Assembly (NCBI GenBank): GCA_040954595.2
Contig: CM082591.2
Span: 10,061,309-10,125,308 of the forward strand
Source: Balanoglossus misakiensis
Taxonomy: Eukaryota > Animalia > Hemichordata
DNA length: 64,000 nt
Direction: 5' to 3'
Position numbers and translations under genes: made by a program. A model generated the notes under the pieces. The model saw only the letters and a program-made list of their open reading frames with translations. It did not search any database and was not told the origin of the DNA. Below are positions 62,801 to 64,000 of this stretch, in pieces. Position 1 is the stretch's first letter; each line of letters opens with the position of its first letter.

Positions 62801-64000
62801 TTTAAAATATACGACTATTTATAGACAAAAGGAAAATAAAACGAGCGCAAAAACATACCAAACCTAGTTTTTTTAATTAAAAACAAAATTGCTGAGTAAA
62901 GGTTTTCATGTGGGCATTCACTTTGAACTTGCTAAATTAATTTAAAGAGACAAAGTCGCTCTCTCTTTGTCCTTTTGCGATGATAGAATGCTTGCTTGAA
63001 GTCTCTCGTGCAATAAATGATGTCGATTCATACATGTATGGATGGTGTATAGGTGGTCGGAATTTACATGTCTTCGCCACGACCAAACCAACAACACGTA
63101 AAATCAAAGTTTGGGTCATAAAATCGAGTTTGGTTACAGTCTAGAATTTCATGCCACCCCTTATGGTCATATTATTCTTGGTAGGCAAAAGTGACAAGTA
63201 GTCAAGTTTCAACACAGGCAACATTTTTTACAAACAAACCACAAAGAAGACATCAAAAGGGAGAGAATTATAGAATGGTCAATGTGTGAAAAGTTAAGAT
63301 ACGTAAAGTGGCCGGGTTCAACATTAACTCATCGACTTCATATCGTCTTCATGCCATGGTTTTTGCCTGCCCTGAAAGTTCTTGTCGTTGCAGAAGTGGT
63401 TTTGACAGAAAGAATTTAGTCTTCCGGGATGTTTGTGATTATTTGAACACCAGACAATACAATGCAACCTTGACTTCCAAAATATTTACCGGCATTGCAT
63501 TATCTTACCATGGTTAGGCCTACAGTGAACAAATTTTCAACAATATTTTCTGAGTTACCGCTGATATTTGTTTTGTAGTATGGATATTAAATTATACATC
63601 CCGATACAAAACAGAATGTTATAGAATCCTTCCTGAGTGATATTGAAAAAATTACCGGAATGCTACCGCCTAATCTATGGTTAGGGTTATTGCTATTATT
63701 CTATATCAGTAATCGACTTTGTGTATATCAATGTCATTTTCATAACGAAAATGAACTCGAGTCTAATGTAAACGTTACGAATTGATCGAAAGGCGCTCTG
63801 ATGAATGTTAACACGAGTGCGCAGTGACAAGACATGCATCGTGCATGACAGTGACAACAGTTCCTATAGAGCAGTTAAAAAATAAACCGGCCGTCCGTAA
63901 ATTTATCAGCTATATTTTTTTTTATTTAGTCACGTTTTCCCTGTTGCATGCTATTAGTTCAGGGGCCAGTTTTAGCAGTGCTCTATTGAGTACTTTCATA

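Larger units (their letters stand above)
13154..64000. repeat. Macrosatellite, ~2.51-kb unit, about 16 copies, continuing past the window end
   Basis: The same marker recurs at 13770, 16283, 18794, 21306, 32240, 34755, ~37273, 39747, 42261, 46493, 49019, 51538, 54056, 56578, 60790 and 63308. Longer gaps correspond to the three TE insertions; units differ by scattered SNPs and indels. Confidence 0.98.

Noticed and set aside
13398-63517. Recurrent 60-79-aa ORFs (MAGFNIN..., MTQTLIL..., MISRPIR..., MSSVVKE... and others)
   Set aside because: They recur only because the DNA is repeated. Many use non-ATG starts, overlap MITEs or microsatellites, and are broken by stops or frameshifts in some units; no protein motifs.

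Overview
AT-rich animal genomic DNA; the repeat repertoire suggests a marine invertebrate, but the taxon cannot be determined from the sequence. No host protein-coding gene can be supported. 1-6.5 kb is nested, decayed TE debris (Helentron/DINE-1-like non-autonomous elements, a TA-TSD MITE, an L2-like LINE 3' end). 6.7-8.2 kb holds short tandem repeats. At 8.61-8.93 kb is the most striking signal: a MALAT1/NEAT1-like 3'-end module on the + strand, made of two ENE-like U-rich hairpins, an exact AAAAAGCAAAA tract and a 56-nt mascRNA-like tRNA mimic immediately after it. 9.1-13.15 kb is a 78/82/86-bp satellite with a higher-order duplication. From 13.15 kb to the window end runs a ~2.51-kb macrosatellite (about 16 near-identical units). 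Each unit carries a Harbinger-type MITE and an 88-bp AcademH-type mini-element. Three young insertions interrupt the array: a complete Ty3/Gypsy LTR element with gag, pol plus chromodomain and an env-like third ORF (22819-31231), a Helentron-type element (43368-45083) and a 5'-truncated LINE (58145-59833). All three sit in the same ~500-bp part of the unit. Most short ORFs in the track are repeat artefacts.
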